Shown: in pieces, positions 58,362 to 60,126 of the stretch | Layout of the letters: the number at the start of each line of letters is the position of its first letter | How positions within the stretch are numbered: the first letter of the stretch is position 1 | Source: Microbacterium sp. 13-71-7 | GTDB taxonomy: Bacteria; Actinomycetota; Actinomycetes; Actinomycetales; Microbacteriaceae | Reading direction: 5' to 3' | Assembly: GCF_002257455.1 (NCBI RefSeq) | Contig: NZ_NCKN01000001.1 | Location: forward strand, 1 to 60,126 | DNA length: 60,126 bases | Made by a program: the position numbers and the translations under genes | The notes under the pieces: model-generated | Seen by the model: only the letters and a program-made list of their open reading frames with translations | What the model was told of the DNA's origin: nothing | Databases searched by the model: none

Positions 58362-59240
58362 ATGACGGATCGGGACTGGTCGATCCAGGAGATCGCACGG
58401 CTGACCGGCACCACGAGCCGCACCCTGCGGCACTACGACGACATCGGTCTGCTGCCGCCGACGCGGGTCGCCTCGAACGGCTACCGGCACTACGACCAGA
58501 GCGCGCTCCTGCGCCTGCAGCGCATCCTGCTGCTGCGCGAGCTGGGGCTGGGCCTGCCGGCGATCGCCGAGGTCGTCGGGGCGCCGGGAGGCGGCAGATC
58601 GCCGCGTCCGGGCGCCGAGACGCCCGCAGCGGCCGCCCCGGGGTCGAAGGCCGGCGCCGCGATCGAGGCGGCGGCCCTCGAGAAGCACCTCGCGCTGCTG
58701 CGCGCGGAGCAGAACAGGCTGGCGCGCCAGATCGCGTCGGTCGAGAACACCATCACCGCACTCAGAGAAGGAGGAGCACTCATGCCTGACGACATGTTCG
58801 ACGGCTTCGATCACACGCAGTACAAGGACGAGGTCGAGACCCGCTGGGGCACCAAGGCCTACGCCGACGGCGACCGCTGGTGGCGCGGGCTCGGCGCCGA
58901 CGGGCAGGCCGCGTGGAAGGCGGTCGTCGCCGATCTCAACCGGAGCTGGATCGCGCTCGCCGAAGCGGGAGCGGATCCGGCGTCGCCCGAGGCGCAGGAC
59001 GTGGCGCGCCGCCACGTCGACTGGCTCACGGGCATCCCCGGCACCCCCGCCTACGGCGCGGCCGGCGACCGCAAGGCGTACGTCATCGGCCTCGGCGAGA
59101 TGTACGTGGCCGATCCGCGCTTCGGCGCGAACTACGCCACCGGTGCGGACCGGGCCGCGGCGGCATCCGGAGCGGCCGGCACGGCAGGCGCGGAGTTCGT
59201 CCGCGACGCCCTGCGCATCTACGCGGAGGGCAACCTGTAG
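58362..59240 (+). CDS. MerR family regulator with TipAS-like C-terminal domain
   Basis: AAGGAGG RBS; WSIQEIAR..RTLRHYD, NGYRHY; C-terminal GLGEMYVADPRF. Confidence 0.9.
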   Translation: MTDRDWSIQEIARLTGTTSRTLRHYDDIGLLPPTRVASNGYRHYDQSALLRLQRILLLRELGLGLPAIAEVVGAPGGGRSPRPGAETPAAAAPGSKAGAAIEAAALEKHLALLRAEQNRLARQIASVENTITALREGGALMPDDMFDGFDHTQYKDEVETRWGTKAYADGDRWWRGLGADGQAAWKAVVADLNRSWIALAEAGADPASPEAQDVARRHVDWLTGIPGTPAYGAAGDRKAYVIGLGEMYVADPRFGANYATGADRAAAASGAAGTAGAEFVRDALRIYAEGNL

Positions 59241-59284
59241 ACCGGCCGGATCCGCATCGGGCCGCATCCGGTTCGCCTCACGAG

Positions 59285-59332
59285 AGAGGGAGAGCGCCGC
59301 TCGGGGAGTCCTCCGAGCGGTGTTCTCCCTCT
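59285..59332 (+). terminator. Hairpin after the MerR gene
   Basis: AGAGGGAGAGCGCCGCTCGG / CCGAGCGGTGTTCTCCCTCT with G-U pairs. Confidence 0.6.
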
Positions 59333-59391
59333 TCCAGGAGGACCAGACCTCGCGGCGCCTTCGCACGGTGCCGGGATAGGCTGGCACCACG

Positions 59392-60126
59392 ATGGGCATC
59401 TCGCGGCGAACCCTGCTCGTCGGCGCCGGAGCCGGTGCCGTCGCGGTGCTCCTCGCGGCCTGCACGCCGGAGCCGCAGCCGACGAAGACGCCCACGACCG
59501 CCCCGCCCTCGCCGACGCCGACGGTGACGCCGGGAGCCGCGCCGCAGCCGACCGCCTGGATGCGCAGCACCTGGTCGACGGATGCGTACTCCCGCGGGGC
59601 GATGAGCTATCTGCCCGCCGGGGCGACGCCCCAGCTGCGCAAGGACCTCGCCGTGCCGATCAGTGCACGCGTCTTCCTCGCCGGAGAGGCCACGGATCCG
59701 GATCACCCCGGAACGGTCCCCGGCGCGATCGACTCCGGGCAGCGCGCCGCCGCCCAGCTCATCGCGGCCTCGGCGAGCGGCGAGCGCATCGCCGTGGTCG
59801 GCGCGGGCGCCGCCGGCGCCGCCGCCGCCCGCGCCCTCGCCGATGCGGGGCGCACGGTGACCGTGCTCGAGGCGCGCGAGCGCACCGGAGGCCGGATCCG
59901 CTCGGTCGCCGACAAGGCCTGGCCGATCCCGGTGCAGCTGGGCGCGTGGCTCTCCGCGGGCGACGGGGCGGGGACCCTGGGGGGCGAGCTCGCGGCGCAG
60001 GGCGTCCACCGGGTGACGTTCGACAGGCCCGCCGGCTGGTCGAAGGACGGCGCCGCGCCCGCGGTCGATGCGGGAGCGGTGCGGAACGCCGTCGACAAGG
60101 CGGCGAACGCCCCCTCCGACGTGCCG
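59392..60126 (+). CDS. Tat lipoprotein FAD-dependent amine oxidase-like protein, 3'-truncated (absent from the ORF track)
   Basis: Manual translation: MGISRRTLL...LLAAC, Pro/Thr linker, RVFLAGEAT, then IAVVGAGAAG...VTVLEARERTGGRI. Confidence 0.82.
   Translation, partial: MGISRRTLLVGAGAGAVAVLLAACTPEPQPTKTPTTAPPSPTPTVTPGAAPQPTAWMRSTWSTDAYSRGAMSYLPAGATPQLRKDLAVPISARVFLAGEATDPDHPGTVPGAIDSGQRAAAQLIAASASGERIAVVGAGAAGAAAARALADAGRTVTVLEARERTGGRIRSVADKAWPIPVQLGAWLSAGDGAGTLGGELAAQGVHRVTFDRPAGWSKDGAAPAVDAGAVRNAVDKAANAPSDVP

Overview
High-GC (roughly 70% by eye) actinobacterial chromosome segment. Gene content and order suggest Microbacteriaceae, probably Microbacterium (inference). The backbone is the dispersed purine-biosynthesis region (purQ, purS, apt, purC, purD, purM, purF) plus glgP, transporters and regulators. 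Three carbohydrate loci are interspersed. (1) 1-12359: GH63-like hydrolase, sugar ABC transporter, GntR, then GH42 beta-galactosidase translationally coupled to a divergent split GcvPA/GcvPB PLP enzyme, an AcoX/NAD-kinase-like protein and an SDR, with no gcvT, gcvH or gcvL in the window. This is the best candidate for an undescribed catabolic pathway for a glycosylated amino acid. (2) A GH1 plus LacI pair under a perfect CelR/CebR box. (3) 38200-52155: a LacI-controlled galactoside/galactan cluster (secreted GH5, DUF5054-like protein, metallophosphoesterase, ABC transporter, GH35, GH36). Other signals: strong over-representation of the palindrome GGATCC, several REP-like hairpins of different sequence sharing a 19-nt internal period, many apparently leaderless genes, a MerR/TipA gene with an internal start, and a Tat-lipoprotein flavin amine oxidase with permuted motif order at the right edge. 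No rRNA, tRNA, CRISPR array, transposase or phage gene was recognised. All family calls come from motif recognition by eye, with no database searches.
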